This document shows positions 19,429-29,231 of a stretch of 64,000 bases of DNA, piece by piece. The DNA is from a virus: the IMG/VR virus record IMGVR_UViG_3300023049_000574, positions 32,001-96,000 of that record, one strand, 5' to 3'. Positions within the stretch are counted from its first letter, which is position 1. Every line of letters begins with the position of its first letter. Under the pieces are notes generated by a model. It ran no database searches, was not told the origin of the DNA, and saw only the letters and a list, made by a program, of their open reading frames with translations. The position numbers were made by a program, and so were the translations under genes.

Positions 19429-19792
19429 GACTTGTTTAATTGTAAATGGTAATAAGTATATCGAAATAATGATAAATGATATTACTATACGCCAAGATCA
19501 AGAACAATTTTCCTATTTCAATGAAAATAAAATGGAACTAGCTATTTCCACTTGGTGGAATATAGACCTTTTAGATTTTTTAAACGCAGGTGAACGTGTG
19601 GATATCTATTTTCTACATAGGGATTGTGTTGAACGAAACCTACTATTAAATTCATATAGCGTTGAGAGTGATCTAATATCGATAGACCTAGTAACTTATG
19701 ATAGACAAATAACAAGCTACAAGAAAGATTTTATCTATATAGCTTATATGAGAGATAAAAAAATAGATAACTTACTAGATGGAGATGGATAG
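19415..19792 (+). CDS. Hypothetical protein with C-terminal tag (MRDKKIDNLL)
   Basis: ORF track plus motif. Confidence 0.7.
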   Translation: MIKNETCLIVNGNKYIEIMINDITIRQDQEQFSYFNENKMELAISTWWNIDLLDFLNAGERVDIYFLHRDCVERNLLLNSYSVESDLISIDLVTYDRQITSYKKDFIYIAYMRDKKIDNLLDGDG

Positions 19793-20219
19793 CACTACTG
19801 CAGAAACTGAGGATATTGTATTTATGGTATCTAAACACAGACTTACTAAAAATTTCTTCATAGAAGATGTGTATTACCAATTAGATGATTATAATAATAT
19901 TAGAATAGAAATACATTACGAAATTCAACAAGATAAAGAAGAACAAAGAGATATTATCATAACTGAATTATTTGATCATTTAGAATCTGAGTTCTTCTTG
20001 GATTCCATTTATTTTATGGAATCAAGTATCTATATAAGCAGAGTAGATGTATTTAATGGGAATAAAGAAAATGATGGTAAAATTTGGTTAGATATAACAG
20101 CAACAAGCAGGAAATACTCTACGAAGTTAGGTGATTTAAACCTTTTAGATACAAATGAATATAATATTTACAAAGCTAGTAAAAGAAACAAATTTATAGA
20201 TAATATAATCAATGAATGA
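19779..20219 (+). CDS. Hypothetical protein with C-terminal tag (KRNKFIDNII)
   Basis: ORF track plus motif. Confidence 0.7.
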   Translation: MEMDSTTAETEDIVFMVSKHRLTKNFFIEDVYYQLDDYNNIRIEIHYEIQQDKEEQRDIIITELFDHLESEFFLDSIYFMESSIYISRVDVFNGNKENDGKIWLDITATSRKYSTKLGDLNLLDTNEYNIYKASKRNKFIDNIINE

Positions 20220-20394
20220 AATAGAAAGGTTAAAAGACGAACTAAGAAATATTGATGCTAAAAAAAGACGTGCTATCGAACATCAACAATATGAGACAGC
20301 AGCAGAAGCAAGAACAGAGGAAAAAAGACTAACAGAAATTATAGAAAAGTTAGAAAAAAGATACGATATAATAGATAGTATATTAAATGGATAA
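20212..20394 (+). CDS. UVR (UvrB/UvrC) motif mini-protein with C-terminal tag (KRYDIIDSIL)
   Basis: KRRAIEHQQYETAAEARTEEKRL resembles ClpC M-domain KKTVIKQQQYEKAAKIRDMEREL in this window. Confidence 0.75.
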   Translation: MNEIERLKDELRNIDAKKRRAIEHQQYETAAEARTEEKRLTEIIEKLEKRYDIIDSILNG

Positions 20395-20779
20395 TTATAT
20401 ACACGTATTAGAAGATAATAATGGATTTTATCCAATTGGTAAAGGTATATGCTCTCCTGTTGATCTGATACCGATGGACGAAGATCCTTCTAATATGAGA
20501 ATGCTTATGTTGATACGTATTCAAATATATGAAGATGCAGAACATATGCACGAAATTTTCAATAGGTTGGAAAAGTTTAATATCTATACAACAGATCCTA
20601 ACGATAGGCATTATTTTAGTGGCTGTGAACTATCTGATCTATATAGTAGAGAGTCTTTATCGGTATACTTAACGTATAAACAATATGAATATTTAAGTGA
20701 TGAAGAATTTAAAAACAAGATGTCGTACTTCAGTTCTATAATAAGAGATGATAAAATAGATGGGATATTAAATATATAA
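20387..20779 (+). CDS. Hypothetical protein with C-terminal tag (IRDDKIDGIL)
   Basis: ORF track plus motif. Confidence 0.7.
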   Translation: MDNYIHVLEDNNGFYPIGKGICSPVDLIPMDEDPSNMRMLMLIRIQIYEDAEHMHEIFNRLEKFNIYTTDPNDRHYFSGCELSDLYSRESLSVYLTYKQYEYLSDEEFKNKMSYFSSIIRDDKIDGILNI

Positions 20780-20782
20780 GGT

Positions 20783-21268
20783 ATGGATTATATGAAAAGC
20801 TTTGAGTCGTTTGAAACAGATGATATAAAATATATGCTTAAAAGAGCAGAAAAGAATGGTGATATTGTTATTAAAACAAATGCTGATTCTGTCTTAAAAA
20901 ATTTACATGAAATAAAAATAGGTAGCTTTGAATCTCTTATTTTGAAAAACCCCAATAACTCAGTTGTTTATAAGTGGTTATATAAAGAACATATAACAGA
21001 GTTAATTGATAAATTTGGTGGGATGGGACTAGATGTTTCTGAGTTAAAGAAACTAAATAAAGGATATTTGGAAAGGCACTTTAATATTGATGAAAGGATA
21101 TCAGAACTTCTTTATGATGGTGATCCTGATTTCGAAACCGAAGAAGAAAGAGATAAGGAAGTTGAACGACTTCAAATAGAGTCTGATCAAGCTGAGACTA
21201 AAATGGAAGAAGTTAAAAAGGAGATCATAAAGCTCAAAGAACAAGCCCATAAAATATTAACTGATTAA
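20783..21268 (+). CDS. Coiled-coil protein with CTS-like N-terminus (MDYMKSFESFE)
   Basis: AATATATA-N4-ATG. Confidence 0.7.
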   Translation: MDYMKSFESFETDDIKYMLKRAEKNGDIVIKTNADSVLKNLHEIKIGSFESLILKNPNNSVVYKWLYKEHITELIDKFGGMGLDVSELKKLNKGYLERHFNIDERISELLYDGDPDFETEEERDKEVERLQIESDQAETKMEEVKKEIIKLKEQAHKILTD

Positions 21269-21293
21269 ACAATTATTCACTTTTAAACTATAA
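21267..21293 (+). promoter_or_regulatory. Putative phage promoter AAAC-N17/18-TATAA
   Basis: Same architecture at 33443-33468, 54527-54552, 61498-61524; similar near 17958, 23898, 26208, 63755. Confidence 0.5.
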
Positions 21294-21298
21294 GGCTA

Positions 21299-22480
21299 GT
21301 GGAAGGACTAGAAATTAATATAGGATATATCAAAAGTGTGCTACAACAGATAGTTAATAAAGCACATACTCACCCCCAAAAGAAGGAAGTTAGAGAGAAA
21401 TCCAATGGCAAAGGTTTCCAAATAGCTTGTCCTTACTGTGGTGATAGTGATAAAAATCCCAATAAATATAGAGGTAACATAAACAGTATCTTATTTTACA
21501 AATGTTTCAACGATGGTTGTTTCAGAACAACTCACTTTACAAGTATGTGTAAAGACTTCGGTATAGATATCGATGGGGAAACAAAGAGGAATATCTATGA
21601 TTATTTAGATAACTATACAGATAAAGTTGATACGTTACAAGACGAACTATCAGAACATGGGTTAAATAACTTAATCGATTTGGATCAATTATCTAAATGT
21701 ATTAATGAAAACCTATGTGATTCCTCTTTATCTGATTTCAAACCAATAGAGAAGGGTTCTGCCCAATGGTATTATTTAGTTGAGAATAGAGGCTTAACTG
21801 ATCCAAAGATGTGGAAAAATATATATCAAGCCAATTTTCATATCACAGGCGATTGGATAGAGAAGAGTATTATCTTCCTAAATAAGCGTGGTAACAAAGT
21901 AATAGGCGCACAGATGCGTAACTTAAAGGATGGATATAAACGAAAGTTTAAGATCTATACTTTCTCTGATCTATATGAATGGGTTGGTGATAAAGAGTTA
22001 TCTGATGGTCAATTAATGATGTATAACAAACTAAGTTATTACTACGGTATATTAGAAGTTGATTTTAGTAAAGACCTTACTATATTCGAGGGATATGGTG
22101 ATGCTGTTCTTTTCCCAAATAGTATTGGATTAGCAGGTGTGAACACAGAATTGACATTTTTAGAAAATAATGGACTTAAAATTAGATACTTCTTTGATAA
22201 TGATGAAGCAGGATCTCCTAAAACAGAAGAAAAGATAAGAGAAGGGTTTCCTTGTTTCTTATGGAATAAGATGTTTGAATTTGTTGTTGATAAGAAGAAG
22301 TCTAGTGATCCATATTATCACGAAAGACAAATAAAGAAAGTGAAGGATTTAACTAACTTAAATAAATTAGTACCTAATTGTTATATTAAATTAGAGATGG
22401 AAAGTTATTTTTCAAAAGACGTATTTGATTTAAGATATGTCCCTAAAGCTGAAAAGAAAAAGTATTATAAGAAATCATAG
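21299..22480 (+). CDS. DNA primase (T4 gp61-like)
   Basis: CPYCGDS...YKCFNDGC Zn finger; TOPRIM IFEGYGDA and FFDNDEAG; KDL. Confidence 0.85.
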   Translation: MEGLEINIGYIKSVLQQIVNKAHTHPQKKEVREKSNGKGFQIACPYCGDSDKNPNKYRGNINSILFYKCFNDGCFRTTHFTSMCKDFGIDIDGETKRNIYDYLDNYTDKVDTLQDELSEHGLNNLIDLDQLSKCINENLCDSSLSDFKPIEKGSAQWYYLVENRGLTDPKMWKNIYQANFHITGDWIEKSIIFLNKRGNKVIGAQMRNLKDGYKRKFKIYTFSDLYEWVGDKELSDGQLMMYNKLSYYYGILEVDFSKDLTIFEGYGDAVLFPNSIGLAGVNTELTFLENNGLKIRYFFDNDEAGSPKTEEKIREGFPCFLWNKMFEFVVDKKKSSDPYYHERQIKKVKDLTNLNKLVPNCYIKLEMESYFSKDVFDLRYVPKAEKKKYYKKS

Positions 22481-22517
22481 TTTATGAACTATTCTTGATA
22501 GGTTTTTAATACTATCT

Positions 22518-22676
22518 CTAAATCCTTCCATCTACTTCTCTACTCGGTTTAGTTTTACTATTAACGAATTTCATCATTTTTCTCGCTAATCTATCTTGAC
22601 CTAATACACTTGCTTTAGCTGCTGATTTTATATAAGTATCAGTGTTTAACTCGTTTATTTTCTTTAAATATTTCAT
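22518..22676 (-). CDS. 52-aa CTS-like protein paralogous to N-terminus of 22673..23320; not in ORF track
   Basis: MKYLKKINELNTDTYIKSAAKASVLGQDRLARKMMKF versus MEYLRKINELNAETYKNAAKKVKEMGQ. Confidence 0.65.
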   Translation of the reverse strand: MKYLKKINELNTDTYIKSAAKASVLGQDRLARKMMKFVNSKTKPSREVDGRI

Positions 22677-23320
22677 AATCTATCGTAATACTTTCTAGGT
22701 TGGATATTAGATTTGAATTCCTTAAAACTCCCAAAGATATTATTTATAAATTCATTGAACTCACCGTTTTCTATATCAGGTACTTCGGTGTCGTTTAACT
22801 TACCCATCATTTTAGCTACGGTATTTCTATCTTCCATCTTATAATACTTTTCTAATATAGCTATAAATGTATTAAAGTCCTTTCTAGATGCAAATTTATT
22901 TTTATCTCCTGTGAATTCCATATCGACTTTACCATTATCTTCTGTAATAGCACAGTTTAAACCTATGTGTTCATCGGGGTGTTGGTGTCCTATATCCTTT
23001 CTAAATTGTTCTAAATCTGCATTTAAGAAAATAAAACATATATCGGGTTCAGGTACATCTATATCAGCCATATTAACGTCCAATATTTTAGAACTTACCT
23101 TATGTAGATCCCCCTCATATAAAACTTCTTCGATATTCATCTTGAAACTATTTTGTTCTATTAAAGTTTGTTTAAGTCTATTCTCTTGGCTCATTGATCT
23201 AAACCTATACATCTTCATTAGATCTTGGTAGGTTTTCATTTGACCCATTTCTTTAACTTTCTTAGCAGCGTTTTTATACGTTTCTGCATTTAGCTCATTT
23301 ATTTTTCTTAAATATTCCAT
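22673..23320 (-). CDS. CTS-like protein, paralogue of 23331..23885
   Basis: Shared FAS..DF..FI.IL.K.Y..ED....A.M.G.L.DT...GEF.EF C-domain. Confidence 0.75.
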   Translation of the reverse strand: MEYLRKINELNAETYKNAAKKVKEMGQMKTYQDLMKMYRFRSMSQENRLKQTLIEQNSFKMNIEEVLYEGDLHKVSSKILDVNMADIDVPEPDICFIFLNADLEQFRKDIGHQHPDEHIGLNCAITEDNGKVDMEFTGDKNKFASRKDFNTFIAILEKYYKMEDRNTVAKMMGKLNDTEVPDIENGEFNEFINNIFGSFKEFKSNIQPRKYYDRL

Positions 23321-23330
23321 ATCCTATATA

Positions 23331-23885
23331 TTAAACCCTATTATGTTTTTTTAAAGTTGTTTCGAATTTATCAAAATTATCAAAGTTAGTTTTCACAAAC
23401 TCAAAAAACTCACCACCTTGTATATTATGGTCTTTTAGATCCGTATCACTTAATCTCCCAATCATAGTAGCAATAGCTCCTTTATCTTCTGATAAATAAA
23501 ACTTTCTTAATATGTTTATAAATTTTTGGAAATCTTCCTTTGATGCAAAGTTATTATCTCCTTCGCCATCATTATGTACTATTACTCCATCATGGTATAT
23601 ATCTAAATCAAATGATAATGAGTAATTTCCATTATAGCCTATCTTATCTTCTATTTCATTTTCTATATATGTATCTACAAATCCTAAAAATACATTAGCA
23701 CGATCTTCAACAGAAGAATCAACACCCGTTATTTTAATATCTACTATCATATCTATATCGGTATAATAAGTATCTGCTGTTATCGCATCTAATTTATATT
23801 TAAAACTTTCCTTTCCTAAAAATTCCCTAATTTCGTCCCTGTGGGATTCGTTTATAAATTGGTCGAATTTTTTTATAACTTTCAT
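23331..23885 (-). CDS. CTS-like protein (MKVIKKFDQFINES)
   Basis: N-terminal motif; paralogy with neighbour. Confidence 0.75.
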   Translation of the reverse strand: MKVIKKFDQFINESHRDEIREFLGKESFKYKLDAITADTYYTDIDMIVDIKITGVDSSVEDRANVFLGFVDTYIENEIEDKIGYNGNYSLSFDLDIYHDGVIVHNDGEGDNNFASKEDFQKFINILRKFYLSEDKGAIATMIGRLSDTDLKDHNIQGGEFFEFVKTNFDNFDKFETTLKKHNRV

Positions 23886-23929
23886 ATAATATATATTAAA
23901 CTTTTGGATAATAAAATGATATTATATAT

Positions 23930-24121
23930 ATGGAAGATTATTACCAAGATTTAGAATTGATGAAATTGTACAAAGAAGGTAATTTACAAATCTTAACAGA
24001 TGGTTCTGTTTCTATTATAAACAAAATACAATATGTTCACTATAGAAAGGGTTCACCATTTACTAATCGATGCAAAATACTCATAAGAGATACAAAAATA
24101 GACCAAATACTAAATGATTAA
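23930..24121 (+). CDS. Small protein with C-terminal tag (IRDTKIDQIL)
   Basis: ORF track plus motif. Confidence 0.7.
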   Translation: MEDYYQDLELMKLYKEGNLQILTDGSVSIINKIQYVHYRKGSPFTNRCKILIRDTKIDQILND

Positions 24122-24944
24122 GGCAGACGAATATTACCTAAACAACTTAAAAGAGATCCTAGAAAACGGATCATGGGATAAAGACCCTAGACCTTCTTAT
24201 AAAGACGGAACAAAAGCACATTCAAAATTCATTACACAAGTATTCGAAAAGTATGATATTTCTAAAGGGGAATACCCGATTACTACGTTAAGAAATACTG
24301 CAATTAAAACAGGGATAAAGGAAATGTTTTGGATCTACCAAAAACAAACTTCTTCATTAGAGGTAGCAAGGGAACTCGGTATCAATTGGTGGGAAGAATG
24401 GAACGTTGGTGATGGCACTATCGGTACTAGATACGGAGAAACTATTGCACGTTATGACTTGATGAATAAATTATTATGGGGTCTTAAAAAAGATCCGTTC
24501 TCAAGAAGACATATAATTGATATGTATCAATATACTGATCTAGAAGAGACGGATGGTTTATTTCCTTGTGCTTATTTGACTGAGTGGAGTGTTAGAGAAA
24601 AAGACGGAAGAATGTATATAGATATGACATTAAACCAAAGATCTAATGATTATATTATGGCAGGTTACATTAATAAGATACAATATGTAGCACTAATGGA
24701 AATGGTAGCAGCACATTTAGGTTATGAGGTGGGAGTATTTGCACATAAGGTACAAAATTTACATATCTATGATAGACATCTAGATGCGGCAAGAGAGATT
24801 TTAGACCGAGAACCATTAGATGTACAGCCATCCATTCTTTTAAAATCATATAAAGGTTTTTACGATTATACGATTAAAGATTTCGAAGTACATAATGTAA
24901 CAGGAATTAAAAAAATAGAATCAGAATTAGAAATAGCAATTTAA
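24114..24944 (+). CDS. thyA: Thymidylate synthase
   Basis: PITTLR, WEEW, SRR, LFPCAY (catalytic Cys), QRSND, NLHIYDRH. Confidence 0.95.
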   Translation: MIKADEYYLNNLKEILENGSWDKDPRPSYKDGTKAHSKFITQVFEKYDISKGEYPITTLRNTAIKTGIKEMFWIYQKQTSSLEVARELGINWWEEWNVGDGTIGTRYGETIARYDLMNKLLWGLKKDPFSRRHIIDMYQYTDLEETDGLFPCAYLTEWSVREKDGRMYIDMTLNQRSNDYIMAGYINKIQYVALMEMVAAHLGYEVGVFAHKVQNLHIYDRHLDAAREILDREPLDVQPSILLKSYKGFYDYTIKDFEVHNVTGIKKIESELEIAI

Positions 24945-24955
24945 TAATTAAAGAT

Positions 24956-25195
24956 ATGATAGAAGAAATAATAGAACAATATTCCGACGAAGAATTTTTA
25001 ATAGCTGATGGATTTGATGATGTTATTATAGGAATAGACGAAAAAGAAATGCGACTAATATATTCAGTGTCCTTATGTTTAGCGATATTAGAGGAAGAAA
25101 TGGATGAAGTAGATGCTATAGAATATTTCACCTTTAATGTGAGTGGTGCTTATGTTGGTGAAAAAACCCCAATATGGTGTTGGGATATTTACTAA
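24956..25195 (+). CDS. Conserved phage hypothetical protein
   Basis: ADGFDDVIIG ... EYFTFNVSGAYVGEKTP pattern recalled from phage proteins. Confidence 0.7.
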   Translation: MIEEIIEQYSDEEFLIADGFDDVIIGIDEKEMRLIYSVSLCLAILEEEMDEVDAIEYFTFNVSGAYVGEKTPIWCWDIY

Positions 25196-25207
25196 TAAAA
25201 TATAGTT

Positions 25208-26179
25208 ATGAAATTACTTAATAAAATACATTTAATTGATAATTTAGAATTATCTAAAAAGATACCTGATAATTCTATTGCGTTGATATATGCCGATGTT
25301 CTTTATGGAACTAATAGCAAAGACATTAAAGATTATGATGATACTACATTCAATAATCCACAGGAAGCATTAGAATTTTACCGACCAAGATTTATCGAAT
25401 ATAAAAGGATACTCAAAAATAACGGGTCTATTTACATTCATTGTGATTGGCATTTATCTCATTATCTTAAAGTATTGATGGATGAAGTTTTTGGAATCGA
25501 TTGTTTCAAGAATGATATTATAAGACAATGCACAAATGCTAAAAACAACTCTAAGAATTGGGGTAGGATATATGATAACATCCTTTATTATACAATGGAT
25601 GAAAAAGATTATACCTGGAACTATGTTCAGGAAGTGAAATCAGAAGCTGAGTTACAGAAACAATATAATAAGGTAGATGATGAGGGAAGAATATATACTA
25701 CTGTTCCATTACATGGAAAGGGTGGCTCAAATGGGGTAACAGGTTTTGATTGGGAGCATCCCGAAAGAGGCACTATTAGTTTACCCAATGGTAGACATTG
25801 GGCTACTACTCCTGATAAACTACTTTTATTAGATCAAGAAGGTGGTGTTTCTTGGAGCAAGAATAACGTACCTAGAAAAATTCAGTATGCGGATGATTAT
25901 GATAGTAAGCATATTCAGAATATATGGGATATGAAATCAATCGGAACAAGACAGAAGAATAAAGATATGGTATATGATACACAGAAGCCATATGAATTAT
26001 TGAAGCGAATCATATTACAGTCTTCTAACGAAGGTGATATAATCTTTGATCCATTCGTGGGATCGGGTTGTACATGTGAAGTAGCTAGAGATCACAATAG
26101 GAAATTCTTAGGCTGTGACATCACAGAGAAGTCTGTTAATATATGTGAGAAGAAAGACTTTGAAATAATTAAACATTAG
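25208..26179 (+). CDS. Site-specific DNA methyltransferase (N6/N4, beta class)
   Basis: GSIYIHCDW, YLKVLMDEVFG, YDTQKP..LL.RII..SSNEGD, DPFVGSG; motif IV reads DVLY. Confidence 0.88.
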   Translation: MKLLNKIHLIDNLELSKKIPDNSIALIYADVLYGTNSKDIKDYDDTTFNNPQEALEFYRPRFIEYKRILKNNGSIYIHCDWHLSHYLKVLMDEVFGIDCFKNDIIRQCTNAKNNSKNWGRIYDNILYYTMDEKDYTWNYVQEVKSEAELQKQYNKVDDEGRIYTTVPLHGKGGSNGVTGFDWEHPERGTISLPNGRHWATTPDKLLLLDQEGGVSWSKNNVPRKIQYADDYDSKHIQNIWDMKSIGTRQKNKDMVYDTQKPYELLKRIILQSSNEGDIIFDPFVGSGCTCEVARDHNRKFLGCDITEKSVNICEKKDFEIIKH

Positions 26180-26260
26180 CATCTTAAAAAATATATAGCT
26201 AAATCATTAAACTAAAGTGGCTTTCTAATATATAAGAATACAAAAAAGAAGTAAACATGT

Positions 26261-26788
26261 ATGTCATTAGTTATCAATTTATTGGGAGGTCCAGGGATCG
26301 GAAAAAGCACATTAGCTGCAGAAATATTCGTCAATTTAAAAAAGAGAAGAATTAAATGTGAATATATCACCGAGTATGCGAAGGATAAGACATGGGAAGA
26401 ATCAAAAATGACATTAGAAAACCAAATATATGTATTTGGAAAACAACAACATAAAATGTTTCGAGTAAATAATAAAGTCGATTACTTAGTATGTGATTCG
26501 CCACTTATATTAAGTATTATATACGGGGATCTAACACCTGAATCAAATTTCTATAAATTGATTATGGAAGAGTTTGATAAATATAGAAATTTAAATATTT
26601 ACCTAACAAGAAAAACAGAATATGATCCTGTCGGTAGAAACCAAAATGAAAGTGGTGCAATTGAATTAGATGAGTCTATTAAGAAAGTGATAGATGAAAA
26701 CAATCTACCTTATATCGAATATGATATTAATAGTGATATCAATGTACTAATAGAAAAAATAATTAAAGAACACGAACATGGTCAATAA
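26261..26788 (+). CDS. P-loop kinase / AAA (NadR-like) protein
   Basis: GGPGIGKST, EYAKD, VCDSPL, GRNQ. Confidence 0.8.
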   Translation: MSLVINLLGGPGIGKSTLAAEIFVNLKKRRIKCEYITEYAKDKTWEESKMTLENQIYVFGKQQHKMFRVNNKVDYLVCDSPLILSIIYGDLTPESNFYKLIMEEFDKYRNLNIYLTRKTEYDPVGRNQNESGAIELDESIKKVIDENNLPYIEYDINSDINVLIEKIIKEHEHGQ

Positions 26789-27326
26789 CAATAAGAATAC
26801 TTTAGTGGATATCTTTAAACAAATATACCCTGATACAGAAATCAAAAGGATAGAAATACAAAAAGAGATTAATACAAAATACGAAACCGATTGTAAAAAA
26901 AGAAGGGAAGCGTGGACAAAACAAGTAAAGGAAGTAATGTCTGTTACTAATAACTATAACTTTAGTTTAGGTAACTCTAAACCCATAATCGATGCTCAGG
27001 CTAAATCCCTTAATTATAGACAAGCATTAAATGCAGAAATAGCAACTTATATGAAACGTCTAAGTGGTGTGAGAGTAGAGTTAAAGGAACTAGAGCAACA
27101 GAAAACCGTTTTCTACTTAACTGCAAATATTAGTCATCTAAATGTTAAACAAAAAGGGGAGAGAGATAAGATGATAGAAGGTAATCTTAGGGAGAATATT
27201 AGGACTGCCGAGATATTAGAAACACATATTGAATTCTTACGTGGTACTAGAGATCAATTAAATAACTTCCAATTCGCATTAAAGAATGTGATTGCGTTAG
27301 TAGATGTACTAAGTGGAAAAAGTTAA
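26778..27326 (+). CDS. Possible recombination mediator (UvsY-like) coiled-coil protein
   Basis: Helical; C-terminal LETHIEFLRGTRDQLNNFQFALKNVI resembles UvsY; weak. Confidence 0.4.
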   Translation: MVNNNKNTLVDIFKQIYPDTEIKRIEIQKEINTKYETDCKKRREAWTKQVKEVMSVTNNYNFSLGNSKPIIDAQAKSLNYRQALNAEIATYMKRLSGVRVELKELEQQKTVFYLTANISHLNVKQKGERDKMIEGNLRENIRTAEILETHIEFLRGTRDQLNNFQFALKNVIALVDVLSGKS

Positions 27327-27381
27327 TCTAAACTATCTATTATAATATCCCTATTATGTTTCTTAATAGTTTTCCATAGTA

Positions 27382-27597
27382 TTATAGTCTTTCGAATTCT
27401 ATCTTGTGGTTAAAGGAATCTCCGTTTCCACTAGACCGCACTGCGTATTTATTACCTTCCTGATCAACTATCTCTGCATAGGTGGTATCTACTATTAGAA
27501 TTTCATATTCTTCGTCCATATGGTTATTTAAATAGTCTAACATAGTAATAGAATTGTCACTATGGTATTCATCGGTTGTCCAATAATAAGTATTCAT
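27382..27597 (-). CDS. Hypothetical protein
   Basis: Coupled ORF. Confidence 0.6.
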   Translation of the reverse strand: MNTYYWTTDEYHSDNSITMLDYLNNHMDEEYEILIVDTTYAEIVDQEGNKYAVRSSGNGDSFNHKIEFERL

Positions 27598-28028
27598 TTC
27601 TTAACCTTTATTTTGAAACTTTCATGATACCTTCTCACTAAATAATTTTTTAAGATACTGAATAGTGTAAATAATATCGTGATCTCAGTGATATCTATTA
27701 GAGTAACACTGATATCAAACATTGGGTATATGACAAACGATGCTGAGAAACTAACAATAGTTCCTATTCCTGTTTGTAAAACAGATTCAAACATTGATTG
27801 ATGTTTCTTTTGTGTAGTTTGTAAATAATTAAAAAACCTTCTTATCCCATAGTTCTTCACTATGGCGATCAACATAAATATGAAGTTAACGCCTGCTATT
27901 TGTTGTATATTCGCTTCAACACCACATAGGGGAAATACTATAAACGCCATACTGAAGCCAACAATAGTTCCTATAAAGGTTTGTATAATACTTTCTAAAA
28001 ACGATTTTAATTTACTTTGCTGACCCAT
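27594..28028 (-). CDS. Small membrane protein with internal duplication (DUF7220/GtrA-like)
   Basis: Two repeats S..ES..QT.IG.IV.F...F..FP...KNY..RR. Confidence 0.7.
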   Translation of the reverse strand: MGQQSKLKSFLESIIQTFIGTIVGFSMAFIVFPLCGVEANIQQIAGVNFIFMLIAIVKNYGIRRFFNYLQTTQKKHQSMFESVLQTGIGTIVSFSASFVIYPMFDISVTLIDITEITILFTLFSILKNYLVRRYHESFKIKVKK

Positions 28029-28962
28029 TTAATACTTTTTCAACATATTCTTTTGTATAATTATCTCCTTCTGCTGTACCTAAGATGTCCTTTTTCTTAT
28101 TAACTAAGGATACAAATTTTCCTTCTAAGTGAAGCACATACTTAGATTCATTCTTAGGGTTACTATACACGAATAATTCACCTAAATCATCATCATCGGT
28201 TGGCTTCTTAGAAACCTCAGTGTATCCGTGTTTGGAAATGATACTGTTGATCATCCCAGGGTCATTCTGATCTTCCTCATATTTATCAAGAACTTCTTTA
28301 ACATTACTCAACGTATAGTCTTCGCCTGTCAACGATTCAATCACTTTTCCGTTAGAGTTGCTTACGATAACACCCTTTTTTTCAAAGTGATCCACAAAAG
28401 ATAAATAATGTGAATATCTTTTGTGTCCTTCATTAGTTTCTTTTCCTTCTCCTAAATATCTATCTAAGTATTCATCGATTTCAGAAACGTGATTTCCGAT
28501 ATTCTGCTTGTGGAAGATTTCCTCAGAAGATTTAGTGGGTTCTTTCTTTTTGGGTACTTCCTTAGGTACTTCTGATCTTTCGGGTACATCTACTGTTTCA
28601 CTGTTGTTCTGTAGATCTTTTAGGTTCTTATGTGGGTCGAATATCTTTTTTCTTTCATATAGAAACGCTTCCATTAATTCGTGTTTCACGATTAATTCAG
28701 CACATACCCAAGCGGTTTTAACTAAACCATCAATAGATATATTTTGAGGCACATACATCCATCTACCATATCCTCTTTCTATTTCCCCGCTATTAATATC
28801 AGGACGCATAAATGTAGTTCTGATAGAAAATCCTTTTTCTAATACTACGTTACTTTCATCATATATCTTTGTTGGTTTAATATCCCATTCCCAACCCATA
28901 TCTAAATTAGATGGTGCAAATGATACATTTTTTAACGTGTCTTTGATTTCTTGAATATTCAT
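28012..28962 (-). CDS. Hypothetical phage protein
   Basis: GRWMYV...VKTAW...HELMEAFLY...IFDPH N-domain followed by low-complexity linker. Confidence 0.7.
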   Translation of the reverse strand: MNIQEIKDTLKNVSFAPSNLDMGWEWDIKPTKIYDESNVVLEKGFSIRTTFMRPDINSGEIERGYGRWMYVPQNISIDGLVKTAWVCAELIVKHELMEAFLYERKKIFDPHKNLKDLQNNSETVDVPERSEVPKEVPKKKEPTKSSEEIFHKQNIGNHVSEIDEYLDRYLGEGKETNEGHKRYSHYLSFVDHFEKKGVIVSNSNGKVIESLTGEDYTLSNVKEVLDKYEEDQNDPGMINSIISKHGYTEVSKKPTDDDDLGELFVYSNPKNESKYVLHLEGKFVSLVNKKKDILGTAEGDNYTKEYVEKVLNGSAK

Positions 28963-29225
28963 TACAGTATTTCTTTTAAGTTATCGGAATATAAAAGATT
29001 TCCCTTTCCGTCATTTAATACAAATATACCACTTTTCATCTTACAAATAGTAACCTTTGCTATACCCTTTTTTGGAACATTTTCCAAAATGTTCTTTTCT
29101 ATTTGATTTTCCCCCACTTTAAATTGAGTTTTTGTTGATCTTAGATTCCCCCATTTAGTGTTCATTATATTTTCTTGTATAGAAATTATCTCATTGGGAT
29201 CAAACTGTGAATCGAATTTTCTCAT
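28962..29225 (-). CDS. Hypothetical protein
   Basis: Coupled ORF downstream of IF3. Confidence 0.6.
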   Translation of the reverse strand: MRKFDSQFDPNEIISIQENIMNTKWGNLRSTKTQFKVGENQIEKNILENVPKKGIAKVTICKMKSGIFVLNDGKGNLLYSDNLKEIL

Positions 29226-29231
29226 TAAATA

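Noticed and set aside
19110-20779. C-terminal tag as a DNA-level repeat (attC-like or terminator element)
   Set aside because: The underlying codons differ between copies and no conserved palindrome was seen, so conservation appears to be at the amino-acid level.
23215-23240. Internal MKTYQDLM in 22673..23320 resembling the T4 CTS MKTYQEF
   Set aside because: A single short internal match with no upstream motif; probably coincidence.
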